Below, piece by piece: positions 1-11,766 of a DNA stretch of 64,000 nucleotides. Numbering within the stretch: the first letter of the stretch is position 1; each line of letters begins with the position of its first letter. Source of the stretch: Cladosporium halotolerans (Eukaryota); contig NW_027191485.1 in NCBI RefSeq assembly GCF_011745625.1, forward strand, positions 186,001-250,000. Direction: 5' to 3'. Under the pieces are notes generated by a model, which was not told where the DNA came from, did no database searches, and saw only the letters and a program-made list of their open reading frames with translations. A program made the position numbers and the translations under genes.

Positions 1-55
1 ATCAAGAAGCATTGATCCTCCTTCGAACGCAAACAGCGGATCAAACCTCAAGACA

Positions 56-466
56 ATGGCATCCTCCATACTTTCTCCAGACTCGCAACTGCTACCCAAC
101 ACAGCCGCAGTGATTAGTCTAATCCCTACAACGCTCGGAATCACCGCGATGCTCCGTCCACGCCACATGCTCAAACTGCTCCACTTTCCAAGCCCAAAAG
201 ATGCCGAAGCGCAAAAGGTCGTCGATAATCTGATGCGAATGTTCGGCGGCCGAGACTTAGCCCTAGGGCTCTTCGTGCTCGCCGCACGGTATTTTGGTAA
301 CCGCGAAGTGCTTGGATGGATAATGGTAGCTGGCTCAGTTGCACCCGCCGTGGACGGTTGGGCTACTCGGCTGCAATTGGGGCAACGAGAATGGGACCAC
401 TGGCCGTTTATTGTGGTTAACTTGGCTCTTGGGGGTGGGATGCTGGGATGGTTTGGCGGGCAATGA
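56..466 (+). CDS. Small integral membrane protein, DUF4267-like
   Basis: 136-aa intronless ORF with about 4 hydrophobic segments and the motifs RMFGGRDLALG and VDGW...HW typical of this family. Confidence 0.7.
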   Translation: MASSILSPDSQLLPNTAAVISLIPTTLGITAMLRPRHMLKLLHFPSPKDAEAQKVVDNLMRMFGGRDLALGLFVLAARYFGNREVLGWIMVAGSVAPAVDGWATRLQLGQREWDHWPFIVVNLALGGGMLGWFGGQ

Positions 467-593
467 AAGAAGCGCGAGAAGGAAGCACCCAGATGAACGA
501 AGCACAGATTTTGACTGCTCGTGGATATTGAATTGGGTATTGGATCATGATTAACGCCTTGCTTTCAGTATCAAAACCAGACAGCCTTGTCTT

Positions 594-1314
594 CTAGCCT
601 CGCTTCTTCGCTTTCTTGCTGCTCTTGCTCGTAGTCTCAGCTACATCTTGGGTCTCACCAAGCGATGCTGAAGCAGTGAGTTTCGTCTGAGGTCCCGGAG
701 CAGCGAGCTCATCGCGCTCGTCGCGGAGGGCGCTCTTCTGGTCAACATCACCGACTGCCTCTATGCTGCTGGCGATCCATTGCTGGAATGGCTTTGCGAC
801 AAAGTATCCGTCTGCTGTGAACCAGGTTGTGAAGGGTGTTTTGATCTGTCTTGTGCTGGGGGTGGAAGAGGAGGAGGAAGTTGTGACGTCGAGATAGTAG
901 GTCGGGTCGTGCTTGTTGGTCTTAGATTGGATGGAGACCTGGTTGTAATGTGTTAGCGTCTCATGTGATCTGTCGCCGAAGGACAATGTAACGCACTCTC
1001 TTGCCATCTTTGCTACCCTCGAACACCAACCCCTTCTCCACAAACCAGAGCCAGTACGTAAAGAAGCCGTTCAGAATTGCATATGCGGCCACAGCGACAG
1101 CGGTCCAGCCTTTTGTCGCTTCCCAGCCGAGCTTGTAGTCTGCCACGAAAGTTGCTCCAGCGATAGCCACAGCAGTATAGCCGACGACAAGCTTGACGTC
1201 GGTCTTGGTGTTGTCCTGCTTAAAGCCAATGCCGCGAAGGTAGTTGCCCAGCGCGTCGTCGGTCGTATTCTTGAGGTCGGGAAGAGAGTACGGCGATATC
1301 TTGGTTTCCGCCAT
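594..1314 (-). CDS. SPC2: Signal peptidase complex subunit 2 (SPC25/SPCS2), 2 exons
   Basis: N-terminus YSLPDLKNTTDDAL, two TM helices, C-terminal PFTTWFTADGYFV. Intron 939-996 (GTGCGT...GCTAAC...CAG) joins the two ORFs. Confidence 0.88.
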
Positions 1315-1572
1315 GATTGCAAGTTCCAGAGCCTCTGACTGAATAGGGCAACCGAGTTTGAAGGCAATCCTTTTCAGGTTGTACGTGAGCCGTGTGTTGA
1401 TCGCAACATTGAAGCTGCTTGGTGGAGGACAGCTAGCGTTCGGCTTCGCTTGGCGTTGCGGATCCGCTGCATGTGAAGCTGGAGGTCAAGTCAGGACGAG
1501 CGCAACCGCACCTCGACTCGACCCGATTGCCGCCTCACCCTTCGACCACCACCCTCTCTCCAACTCGCAACC

Positions 1573-2456
1573 ATGGCCGGCCTGGTGGAACAGCAGATCC
1601 ACCGGGATCCTGCGCTCTTGTACGCCCACCCCGCCGCGACAACAGGACATCACTGACATCCTCCCGCAGCTACTGGATCCTCCTCCCGATCACCGTAGTC
1701 ATGATCCTGACCGGCGTGCTCCGCCACTACCTCAGCACACTGCTCCAATCGACGCCCAAGCGCCAGCCCCTGCCGAAAATCCGCGAGCAGCGCTCGCTGC
1801 AGCGCGCCCAGAACCTCCGCAACAACTACCAGCAGGTCTCGAAAGCGGCCTTCGAGCGCCGCAAGGAGGCCTTCCTCGAGGGCGCGAAGGAGGGCAAGTT
1901 CCTCGCTGACCCGGACGCGAGGGGCAAGGCCAGGCCGAATCCCATGAGCGACCCCGCGATGATGGAGGGCATGATGGGCATGATGAAGGGCAATGTCGCG
2001 ATGATGGTGCCGCAGAGCTTGATCATGGGCTGGATCAATGCTTTCTTCAGTGGATACGTGATCAGTAAGGACACCCCTCATTTCTATACCACGGGCGTCG
2101 TGCTGACAACCACTACAGTGAAACTCCCCTTCCCCCTCACGCCCCAATTCAAGCAAATGCTGCAAGCCGGCGTGGGCACGCGCGATTTGGACGTGCGATG
2201 GGTCTCGTCGCTGTCCTGGTACTTCCTGACGCTTTTCGGCCTGCAGCCCGTCTACAACTTCATCCTCGGCAGCAAGAACGCGGCCAACCAGATGACGCAG
2301 CAGATGCAGCAGGCGCAGATGGGCGCCAACCCGATGGGCGGCGCGGAGGATCCGGAGAAGCTGTTCAATGCCGAGGGCGAGAACTTGGAAGTCATCGATC
2401 ATAGGTATATTTTGGAGGGTGTCGAGGATCGGTTGTTGGAAAAGCTTGGTGTATAG
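1573..2456 (+). CDS. EMC3: ER membrane protein complex subunit 3 (DUF106), 3 exons
   Basis: Spliced start MAGLVEQQIHRDPALFYWILLPI; motifs WINAFFSG, KLPFPLT, LDVRWVSSLSWYFL. Introns at about 1620-1669 and 2065-2118. Confidence 0.92.
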
Positions 2457-2982
2457 AGATAGATCAATGTGTCACATCTGAAGCCTGAATTGCCCCGATA
2501 CTTATTTTACTCTTTGACCACACCGTGAATTATGATTCGGTGAATAGAGAGAAACATTCAAACGCACGTTGAAGTGATTCCGCAGTGAGTTTGAAAAGCA
2601 TCATGCTTTGGTCCTATCGTACGGCTACAGCAAACACCCGATTGCTCCGCTCCCGGCCGCTCCAAAATGATCCAATCTTGTGTGTCCCAGCATTTCAGCT
2701 CTCCAGGCGGATAATAGCTGAACTTGAGTACATGCCCGCACTTGATCCCATTTGGGGTGGAGCTTCATCCTACAAACGACATAAAGAAAATCGCCATCAT
2801 GGCGTGTGTTGTGTAGAGAGATCTGTAACAAACAGCTCTCGAGTGGCGCAGTGACCACATGCTTTTCCGGGGCAAACGACGCGATCGCCCCGCGTTCTTA
2901 CAACCACTTTTCTCTTACGCAAGTCCAGCCCAACGCCCACCTTCGGAGCAGCAGCAGAAGGAAATCACCTCCACTTTCAAAC

Positions 2983-5786
2983 CTAGTAATCCAACTCCGC
3001 CGGCGCCTCTTTCTCCCCACCCGCAGCATCCAAGTCCTCATAGCTCCTCAAGCTCCTGCCCGCAGTCGCCTGCGGCGGCCCAACCAACCCGCCCTCGAAA
3101 CCTCTCGCGCTGCCGAAGCTAGGCTGGCGGCCGCGGCCGTCCGGGCGAGCGTACGGGTTCGCCATGCGGTAGCCGCCGTTGGAGTAGCGGCCGCCATGGC
3201 GCATGGGTCCCACGCCGCCCATCATGCCGGGCACGGGGTTGGTGGCGGAACCCGGCGGGCCCCAGGCAGCCGCCATGCCGGGCGCGAACGTGCCTGGAGC
3301 CGCGAATCCGCCCGGCGCGACAGAGTTGGGCATGCCGGCAGCCATGGGGAAGCCCATTGGGAACTGGCCGCCGAGCGAGAAGCCGCGGGGGGTGCCTGTG
3401 GGCTGGCCGCCGTTGCCGATGGGGAAGTGGCCGTTGGAGTTGGCGTCGCTCCTGCTCGGGGCGATGTGGGCTGGGTCGAGGACGTAGGTGTTGACGAGCT
3501 CGAGGTCGGAGCGGACGCGTGCCAGGAAGTCTTCGTGGCGCTTCTCGACGTGCTTGCGCCAAAACTCTTCGCTCTTAAACAGCTTTGTGCATTCGGGGAC
3601 TTTGCAACGGAATTTGTTGGTGTCCTCTTGTTTGACGAACTGCTTTTGGTCAGTAACATGATACATTTTGCAACAACAGAGGTAGAGAGCCCTCTCACCT
3701 TGCTCAATTCTTCTTCGATACCCTCCTCCACCGGCACGCCTCCGATCTTGCGAACGTTGACGTTCTCCGGCTCCAGGATTTGAAGAATCTTCTCCTCAAA
3801 TGTCTTGACCCAGTTGTACGCACGCTGAAGCTGCTGCGTGTTACGAACAGAAGGCTTCGGTGCTTTACGCTCCTCGGTCGGACTCTCAGGCTCCATCTCA
3901 CCTTCCTCGCCAGCGTCGGCTTTACCGTCCTCGTTCTTCGCGTCTTTGCTGTTCTTCCTCAGAGGGAAAGCTTCGCCTGACGCAGAGGCGCGGGCGGTCT
4001 CCTTCGCGGCACTTGTGAGAGAAGCACGCGGGCGGCGGAGATGGCCACCAGGGCACTTGCGCTGGAGCTCGTGCACGGAGTCAGACTCGAAGACACAGAA
4101 GAAGCAGAAGTTGTAGACGCGGCGCAGATACTCCACGAGGAGATCCAGCTTCTTCTTCTTCATGAGCAACTCCTCATCGTCGGTCTCGTCCTCCTCGATC
4201 ATGCCTTCCTCTTCTTCTTCGCCTTCGTCCATGTCGTCAGGGTTCTGAGCGGGCTTGGTCGGGGCAGCAGGCTGCAGCTGGCCGCTCTCAGCCAGCTGGT
4301 GGACGCGCTCCTCAATCTTCGCCACACCAAAGTACTCCTCACCCAACTCATTGTCCAGCTTGCGAACGAGGCGAGTGGCAAGGTCCAAGTCGCGCTGGAT
4401 ACGCTCAGGCGCTGAGAACAGGTCCCACAACGCCTTCTTGCGCGGAGCATCCGGAGGGCGGTGGAGAGCGCAGTGAACAGTGAAGTTCCCGCGCTCAGAG
4501 TCCTCAATCGTCTTCCCATTCACTTTGTCTAGACCACGCTCGCTCGTTGTGAGCAGGTTGTCAGGTTTACTCGTTTTATTCTCACCATCCTCACCCTGCT
4601 CACCCTCTTCGCCGTTCTCTTCCGGTCGGGAGTCTGGCATCTCCTCCTCGCGAGAGGGCTCAGGGTTGAGAATGATCCATCCCATGCGGTGGCAACGCTT
4701 CAATGGGTTTGGATCGGAGAGAGAAAGGTGCTTGTAGCCACCCTCATCTTCTCCAAGGTGTTCCTTCGCGAAAGCTTCGAGCTTCTCACGTGTCACAGTG
4801 GGACCAATGGTCTTGATCAGAAGTGTGGGCAGCTGGGCAACCTGGTCGCGAATGTCTCCACCTCGCAACGGGAGCAAATCGCCGACACCAAGAACTTCTG
4901 CAGCTGCGCTCGTCTCTCCTTCCTCCTTTTCAAGGATCCCGCCGAGTCCATTAGACTCGGATTTGTAAATACCCTCCAATGTGAACTCATCAAATGTACC
5001 GTTGCTCAAATCCTGTTCCCACTGCTCGAAGAGGCCTTTGCGGAAATCCATCAGCTTGGAGCGGAAAGGCTCGTGGACCTCAGGCACGTAGCGTTCGCGG
5101 AACCAATCCTCATGTTTGTGCAGGCGCACAAATGTCTGAGCCTGTTGCTTTTGCAGATTCTCTTTGTACAGATCGTACGCAGCCTGGATCTTTGGTCTCT
5201 CCGCCTCCCGGTCCGCGCGCATCTCACGATCACCCTTGAGGGGAGCGCGGCGCCCGGTCTTCGCGTAGTCCTTCTCTTCCTTGACACGTTGTTCCGCGCG
5301 CCACCATTCCGCGAACCAAGTGAAGCCGACTTGGAATTCCAGTTTCATGGGGTCTGGGAGTGGATTGACGAGTACAGGCGCGGCATCTGGCTGATTCGGG
5401 ACGTATCGGTCGATGGTGCCGGCGCCCATGCGGTCGGGAGAAGAGCGACGGCGGTCGCGACGGTCGCTGCGGTCATCGTCACGGCGCGAATAGTAGTCGT
5501 CGCGCGGGACGCGATCGGGCTGGTAACGGTCGATCGCAGCAGGCGAGCGGGAGCGGCGGCGGTCTCTGCGGTCACGATCATCGCGGTCACGGCGACGGTC
5601 TCGGAATCGTAAGCTGAAGCGGTGAGTAGAACGACGGTATCTGTTGCGGAACTCACCAGGCTGCGGAGAGCGGCGTCTGTCGCGGTAAGGGTCGGATGAT
5701 CGGTAGTCGTCACGCTCGCGCGTGGAGACGCGCGACAGAGGCGCAGGATCGGGAGTGCCACGCGAGTAATTGCTGTAGGTATCCAT
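2983..5786 (-). CDS. SERRATE/Ars2 homologue (arsenite-resistance protein 2 family)
   Basis: RD/RS-rich N-terminus, HKHEDWFRERY, YLRRVYNFCFFC, C2H2 zinc finger CKVPEC..F...FWRKHVEKRH, C-terminal RSLRSYEDLDA. Intron 3640-3698 restores the frame; the possible first intron near 5600-5656 is ambiguous. Confidence 0.88.
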
Positions 5787-6615
5787 GGCGAAGTAATGAG
5801 CGGTTATCGGTCGGATTCAGAAGGATGTTCTTTCAGCGGCGGCTGAGCTCCATCAGCCGAAGTGAGGTGTGGCAGTGCACCAAGGTCAGACGTCACGCGG
5901 TGTGATGTCCAATGGAAAGCGCTCGGTGATTGTCGTTGTCGGTGCGGCGCAAGGTGCGCAAGTCGTAAAAGACGGAGGAAGGATGGGAGGACTGTTTGCC
6001 GCCGTTAGAAGTGGACAAACGAGCGCCAATGGTACGACGAGCGACAATAATAAGAGCAGCAGCAGTGAAAAGAGGTAGCAGAAATGAATGATAGAAGAGA
6101 TCAAAGAAGATCAAAGAAGATCGCAGTCGCAAGCACCGCCGCCGCAGTAGCGGACGCCATCAGCGTCCGACGACTGCGAGGCGTCGGCGGCATGGGTGTC
6201 GGGCGGCGCGGCGGGGAGGAGGACAATGGTGCAGTGTAGCAGGCGGCTGGGCCCGGAAGGAAGAAGACGCGAAAGGGGAGAGCAACTGACAGAATGGACG
6301 TGTGAGAGGGCGGCGGTGGTGGCCTCGCGCGCGCTGGTGTCGGAGCGGCTGAGGTGTCGTGAGTGGTGAGAGGGCGGAGGTTGTAGCAGCGACTTGGAGA
6401 GCGGCAGCTGGGCGTGCTCGGCGTGGAGACAGGGCAGCTCGTGCTCGCGGAGACGAAGCCTGGGGCTGCTCGGCTGGCCCGCCGCGGCGCTCGGCTGCGC
6501 CGGCAAGCAAGCATGGACCGACGGCGCGTACAGGAAGACACGCTGCCTGGTGTTGCGGGTCTGGTCTCATACGCAAGATAGCACCGCATTCCTGTATAGC
6601 TAATCGCGCGCCAAC

Positions 6616-7343
6616 ATGACCACCTACATCCCCTCGCTGACCCTGCCGGCGATCTTCTTTGAGAGCGCGCCGGCGTCCATCCTGCTGCCCATCGCCGCGG
6701 GCACTGCAGTGGGCTTCGCGACTCGTAGTACGGACACACAGATGTATGACCATGGATAGCCTGATATTAACAGCCTTTAGCGCAAACAAAGGATCAATAC
6801 GCCACCTTGAAGCGACCGGTGAGTCCCCAGCATGATTTGCAAGTTTCACGAAGCCCAAGCTAACATTTCTCCAGTAAATCATCAATCAAGTCCACTGTCA
6901 TGCAAGCTACAATCTAACCACATCACCCTCCCAGCCCCGGAAGCCCTCCCGCATGGCTCTTCGGCCCTGCCTGGACGGTCCTCTACGGCCTCATGGGCTA
7001 CGCCGCTCACCGCGCCTGGACCGTGGGCGCCACCAGCGCCAACCCGCAGACCGTCCAGCTCGCAAAGCACGGCGCCACCCTCTACACGCTGCAGCTTGGT
7101 CTTAACATGGCGTTCATGCCGCTGAACTTCGGTTTCAAGCGACCCATCGAGGCCACCGCCGACATCGTTGCGCTCACTGGCCTTACCGGCTGGTTGATCT
7201 ACATCTGGGGTCAGGTCGACGAGCGCGCCGGCTATGCGCTTGTTCCCTACTTGGGCTGGTTGAGCTTCGCCACCTACCTGAGCGCTGGCTCTGGCTACTT
7301 GAACAACTGGGACTTCACTGGCAAGTCTGGAAAGAAGGAGTAG
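6616..7343 (+). CDS. TspO/MBR translocator protein, 3 exons (second intervening sequence is a nested twin intron)
   Basis: Spliced protein MTTYIPSLTLP...YATLKRPPGSPPAWLFGPAWTVLYGLMGYA...LVPYLGWLSFATYL matches the TspO signature. Introns 6728-6780 and 6818-6934. Confidence 0.9.
6818..6934 (+). other. [D1,2] spliceosomal twin intron (stwintron) in the TspO gene
   Basis: Internal intron 6819-6874 (GTGAGT...GCTAAC...CAG) splits the external donor G|TAAAT; the external part 6875-6934 has TCTAAC...CAG. Only two-step removal gives an in-frame TspO. Confidence 0.8.
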
Positions 7344-7974
7344 AAAGACCGCTTGCAGTAGGAGCCACGGATTAGCGAGTGAGTTTGTGTATGTTATGGC
7401 AATGTGGTTGGTCTAAGTATGCTTTGTATTGGAACTCAGCTCTGAACCAACGTATGGGAAATCACTTCAGAGATGCCCGCGATCATGGGAGAGTGGTACC
7501 ACGAGGAATTCCCTCAGAGTACCTAGGCGCTTCCCTTAATCGTCAAGTAATAAATGATCTGAAGTCGGAGACCCTGATCGGCCGCGGCTGGCGGACAAGC
7601 GGTGGGTGAAGCATCCCCCGTTCATTGATCTGGGGAATGGGAGCATGTAAAAAGTGATGCTTTGCAGGCCTGCTCGTCGTGAACGCTCAGACGAATATCA
7701 AACACCGGCATGTGAGTCGTGCGAGAGAAATCGTATGTTCAAGGTTGTCACCATGTTTTAAGGCCGTAGGACAAAGCCAGGACCCTGGCGCCGGGCCGAT
7801 CACTCGCTGGAGCTCTCCAAACTGATTGCTGCTTTGAGCGCGCGGGCGGAGAACGTCATGCGACAAAGGAAGCACTGCTCGGTCACACGTCGCTCGCGCG
7901 TTTCTTGTCACCATCTTCATCGCTTACCCACCTTGCGCCTGTGAAACCACCTATAGTCAGATTTCACTACCGCC

Positions 7975-9365
7975 ATGCTACAGTTCAAACTGCCGTCCCT
8001 GCCCGACTTCAGCAGCTGGACCGGCGGCGTCGGCGGCATCAAGCTGCCTAAAGTCAAGTCGCACGAGATCGAGAATCAGCCAGAGAAGAGAGCCAGGACT
8101 CTGAAACATCTCCTCAAGGCAAATCACATCAATCACAGCATCATCTACAACAACCTACGATTTCACAACCATCTGCCTCATGTCCTAGGCTCATCTTACA
8201 TTCTCGGTGCGGACGCGGACGAGCTCAACCACGTTTCTGAGGCGGAAAGCAAGCACCTGGAGCCGTGGAGGGATAGTCCCGGCGAGATCGCGAGGCACGA
8301 CTGGAGGGATTTTTTGGGAAAGCGAGAGTATGCTCAACTCTAACCCTGTGTTTGGCTGGTGAACGGCTAATCGACGTTTGCAGATACCAACGAGCGTTTG
8401 TCGACTTCTTCGAAGATCAACTCGTCAAATATGGCTACGACTGGCATCAGCTCCTCAACGAATTTTTGCTTCAAGGCAAGGAACCTCTCATCAACAACCT
8501 CATCTCCGGCCTTGGCCACCCCTTGATCCACCTGGGCTACGCACACGAGCTTTCCTCGCGGACTGTGGCGATAGAAGCGCTCGGTCTCGCAGCGTGCTTC
8601 TACAATGACTGGCACGTCTTTCTGGACGACCCCAAATACACCAAGCCGGCTTCGAACCCTTCAGAAAGCGTTTTCACGATCCTCGACCGCATAACGCACG
8701 ACAAGACGTTCGACAACCTCTTCGACCAACCCGGCAGCGACAACATCGAAACCCTCCTAGCCAACGAGCAAGCCACATCCGCCATTCTCGAATACTGGAA
8801 CTCATGGGACATCAAGCACGCGAAGGACCAATTCGCGGAAAGCCAAAAGCTCGCCGTCGCCCTCCTCGTCACCTCCCACCAATCCAAGGCAACCTCCCCC
8901 AACCCCAAATTCGACTTCTTCCTCGTCCACCTCCTCAACACCTCGCACGCCGTCCGCGTCCTCCTCCCCCTGCTCCCCTACAAACACCACCTCCCACTCG
9001 TCCGCCAGTGGTGGCTCTTCACCATCCTCGTCTTCGTCGCGCAGCTGCGCCCCCGCATCAACATCGACACCATCAAGCTCGTCGAGCTCGAGAGCCACGA
9101 CTGGAAGTACGTCACGGACCGCGCGCTGAAGGGCAAGTACAGGACGGACGCGCACTACGTCAAGGCGCTGCGGAGTATGCGTGAGGCGAGCAACACGTGG
9201 GGCGACCCGAACAATTTCTACCTCAGGGCGGCTGTCAAGTTCGCGGATGAGTTTGATGGCTGGGGTGGGTTTGGGCCGAGAGATGAGGAGCTGCGGGCTG
9301 CTGAGGGTGGGGAGAGGAGTGAGAGGAGGTATTCGGGGCAGGGGGAGAGTTTGGGGGCTGCTTGA
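7975..9365 (+). CDS. Questin oxidase-like / HypA-AflY (DUF4243) oxidoreductase, 2 exons
   Basis: Motifs FHNHLPH, GLGHPLIHLGYA, FDFFLVHLL, DAHYVKALR. Intron at about 8328-8383. Confidence 0.82.
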
Positions 9366-9991
9366 TGAGAGTCTGTAAATTACTGATCGCAATGCAAGCC
9401 TGAAAGATGCCCAGCCCAGACCGTCGATCTCTGATTCATCCGCTTCGCAAAAGATACCACAGATACCGCAGATCGACACTACTCTCGCCCTCCAGTCACC
9501 GCGCTCACACCAGCCACACGCCGCCGACGCTGAAACGCTGACAAGCGAAGGCGCCAGCACAGCAAGCGCCTAGCCCGACGCAGGGCCAAGCTGAGACAGG
9601 GCCGCACCCTGGTCCCTGGCCAACAAACGTTGCACCTTTGTCTATACCAACGACGTCACCTTGCTTTTGCGCGCGCGTGCACGCGAGTCGCTTCAATTTA
9701 TAGTGGCCCTGCAGACGGTATGTTTGCCCAAGAACAGGTTTCACCGCGTTCGCTTGTCGGTGTGAGAGCTGGTGACGCAGAAGGCGCATCGCACTGCCCG
9801 GTCAATGTTTTTAAGTACCGTACCTGCGACCACCACGGAGGCAAGGAAAGGTAGGAATGTCTCGCACCTGACGCGTTGGACTTGTGCCCTTGCATGCGCA
9901 CGTAGGAAACTCAGAATACATACTTCTGGCGAGTGGGCATCCTCTCTCATCGCAACCACCTGCCGCGGCCCCGCTACACACCACATCCACC

Positions 9992-10953
9992 ATGCGCTTC
10001 TCCGCCATCGTCCCCGTCCTGCTGAGCGCAGCAGCGCTCATCCTCACCTTCCTGTGCATCTTCGCCGGCTCCAAGCCAGGCTTCATGGAAGACTACTCCA
10101 TCGTGACAGTACGCAACCAAACCCATCCCCTCCTCCAACCAACCTACCGCTAACCACCCCCTCCCGCCCACAGCTCAACACCTCGCGCATCGCCCAAAAC
10201 CTCCTCAACACCACCTCCTCCGAATCCTCCAACCCCATCGTCTCCTTCTTCGACGACATCACCAACTCCGTCCAAGAAGAAATCAACGACTCCCTCAACT
10301 CCCTCGCCCAAGACCTCGGCCTGCACGACTTCTACTCCGCCCACCTCCTCAACTACTGCGAGGGCTTCTACACGCCCTCCGACCTCCCCAACGCCACCCT
10401 CCCCCGCTCCGCCATCAGCAAGAACGTCACGCACTGCTCCAACCGCACCGCGCTCTTCGCTTTCAACCCGCGCGCCACGCTGCAGCGCGAGCTCGACGAC
10501 GCCGGCCACGGCGACCTCAACCTGACGGACCTCGCGTGGCCGGAGGAGCTCGACGACGGGATCCGCGCGCTGACCGCGGCGTCGAAGGCGACGTTCGTGC
10601 TGTACTGCGTCGGCGCGGCGCTGGCGTTCGTCGCGCTCGTGGCGGCGGGCGTGGGCGTGTTTTTCGACGGCCGGCTGAGCGCCGTGGTCAATGTTGTGGT
10701 TGATTCGGTGGCGTTTTTGGTGCTGGGGATCGCGTCGGCGGTTGTTACGGCGGTTGCTGTTAAGGCGGCGCGGATTGTTAATGAGAAGGGGGAGGATGTT
10801 GGGGTGAGTGCGCAGAGGGGAGGGAAGTTTTTGGCGCTGACGTGGGCTGCGACGGGGTTGTTGTTCGTGGCGGGTTTGGTTTGGTGTGGGGTTTGTGTTG
10901 TTGGGGGGAGGAGGCGGAGGGTTAGTAGGGTCAAGGGCAAGGGGTATGCTTAG
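9992..10953 (+). CDS. SUR7/PalI family tetraspan membrane protein, 2 exons
   Basis: N-terminal TM ending LCIFAGSKPGFMEDY, DFYSAHLLNYCEG, three C-terminal TM helices. Intron at about 10109-10173. Confidence 0.85.
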
Positions 10954-11766
10954 GGATGATGAGTGAGTATTGTGGAGGTGAATCACTTGGTGGGATGGAG
11001 AGGGAGGGGAGGAACGAGAATGATTGCACGAATGGACGACAGCGGGTCATGCGCTGGTCGCAGGCCGCCTTGTTTTGCTTTCTGGATAGAACGCTAGATA
11101 CCCTGTTCTGTTATTAGAAAGATCAGATCGACTTGTTTCCCAGATGGTCTATCGATGTATCATTTGCTCAAGTTCTGCTCCTGCTGACAGAGCCGTTGTC
11201 ATTGCGAAATCAATAAAGTCATCATTCAAACCCTCGCGTCTCAGGCTCTTGGGCAAAATGAAACAGAGCGAGGCGCTACCCTCTCTCCTGGAATACTTCA
11301 ACCCAGTCTTTCCAGAGAGCGCCCCGCAAGCCAAAGTGTCGGATGCTGGGGGCACATAGAAACACAAGCTCGGACCACAAAAGGCTGAGGGACGCGCAAG
11401 AAGAATAGAAGAATTGAATCCTATTTCATTCCCTACCATCGCATCCTCCCGATCTATCCACAACCCATCGTCGCCATGCAATCGAGAAGAAAAAGAAAAG
11501 AATTAAGCAAACCAGTGCGATCCCAGATGTACGTTATCGTCTAAACCGAACACAAGAGCGCCGAGAATCCACCATCTCGGCTTCGTGTCTCCAAAGGGTA
11601 TCCTCCCATTTCCTATTCATCATCCGCCCCCGAACATATGTAGTAAAGGGTCATGTCATGAACATTTTTTGTGCCGCCGCCGCGCTGTCCGTCCCTACCT
11701 ATGCTTTCTGCAAGCCACTTTCTGTGAAGGCTTTTTTTGTTTTCCTCGGCGCGGGAAAGAGGCCGT

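Noticed and set aside
6101..6885. Minus-strand ORFs of 130-240 aa upstream of Ars2
   Set aside because: Low-complexity GC-rich promoter/UTR sequence overlapping TspO exon 1; no protein-like features.
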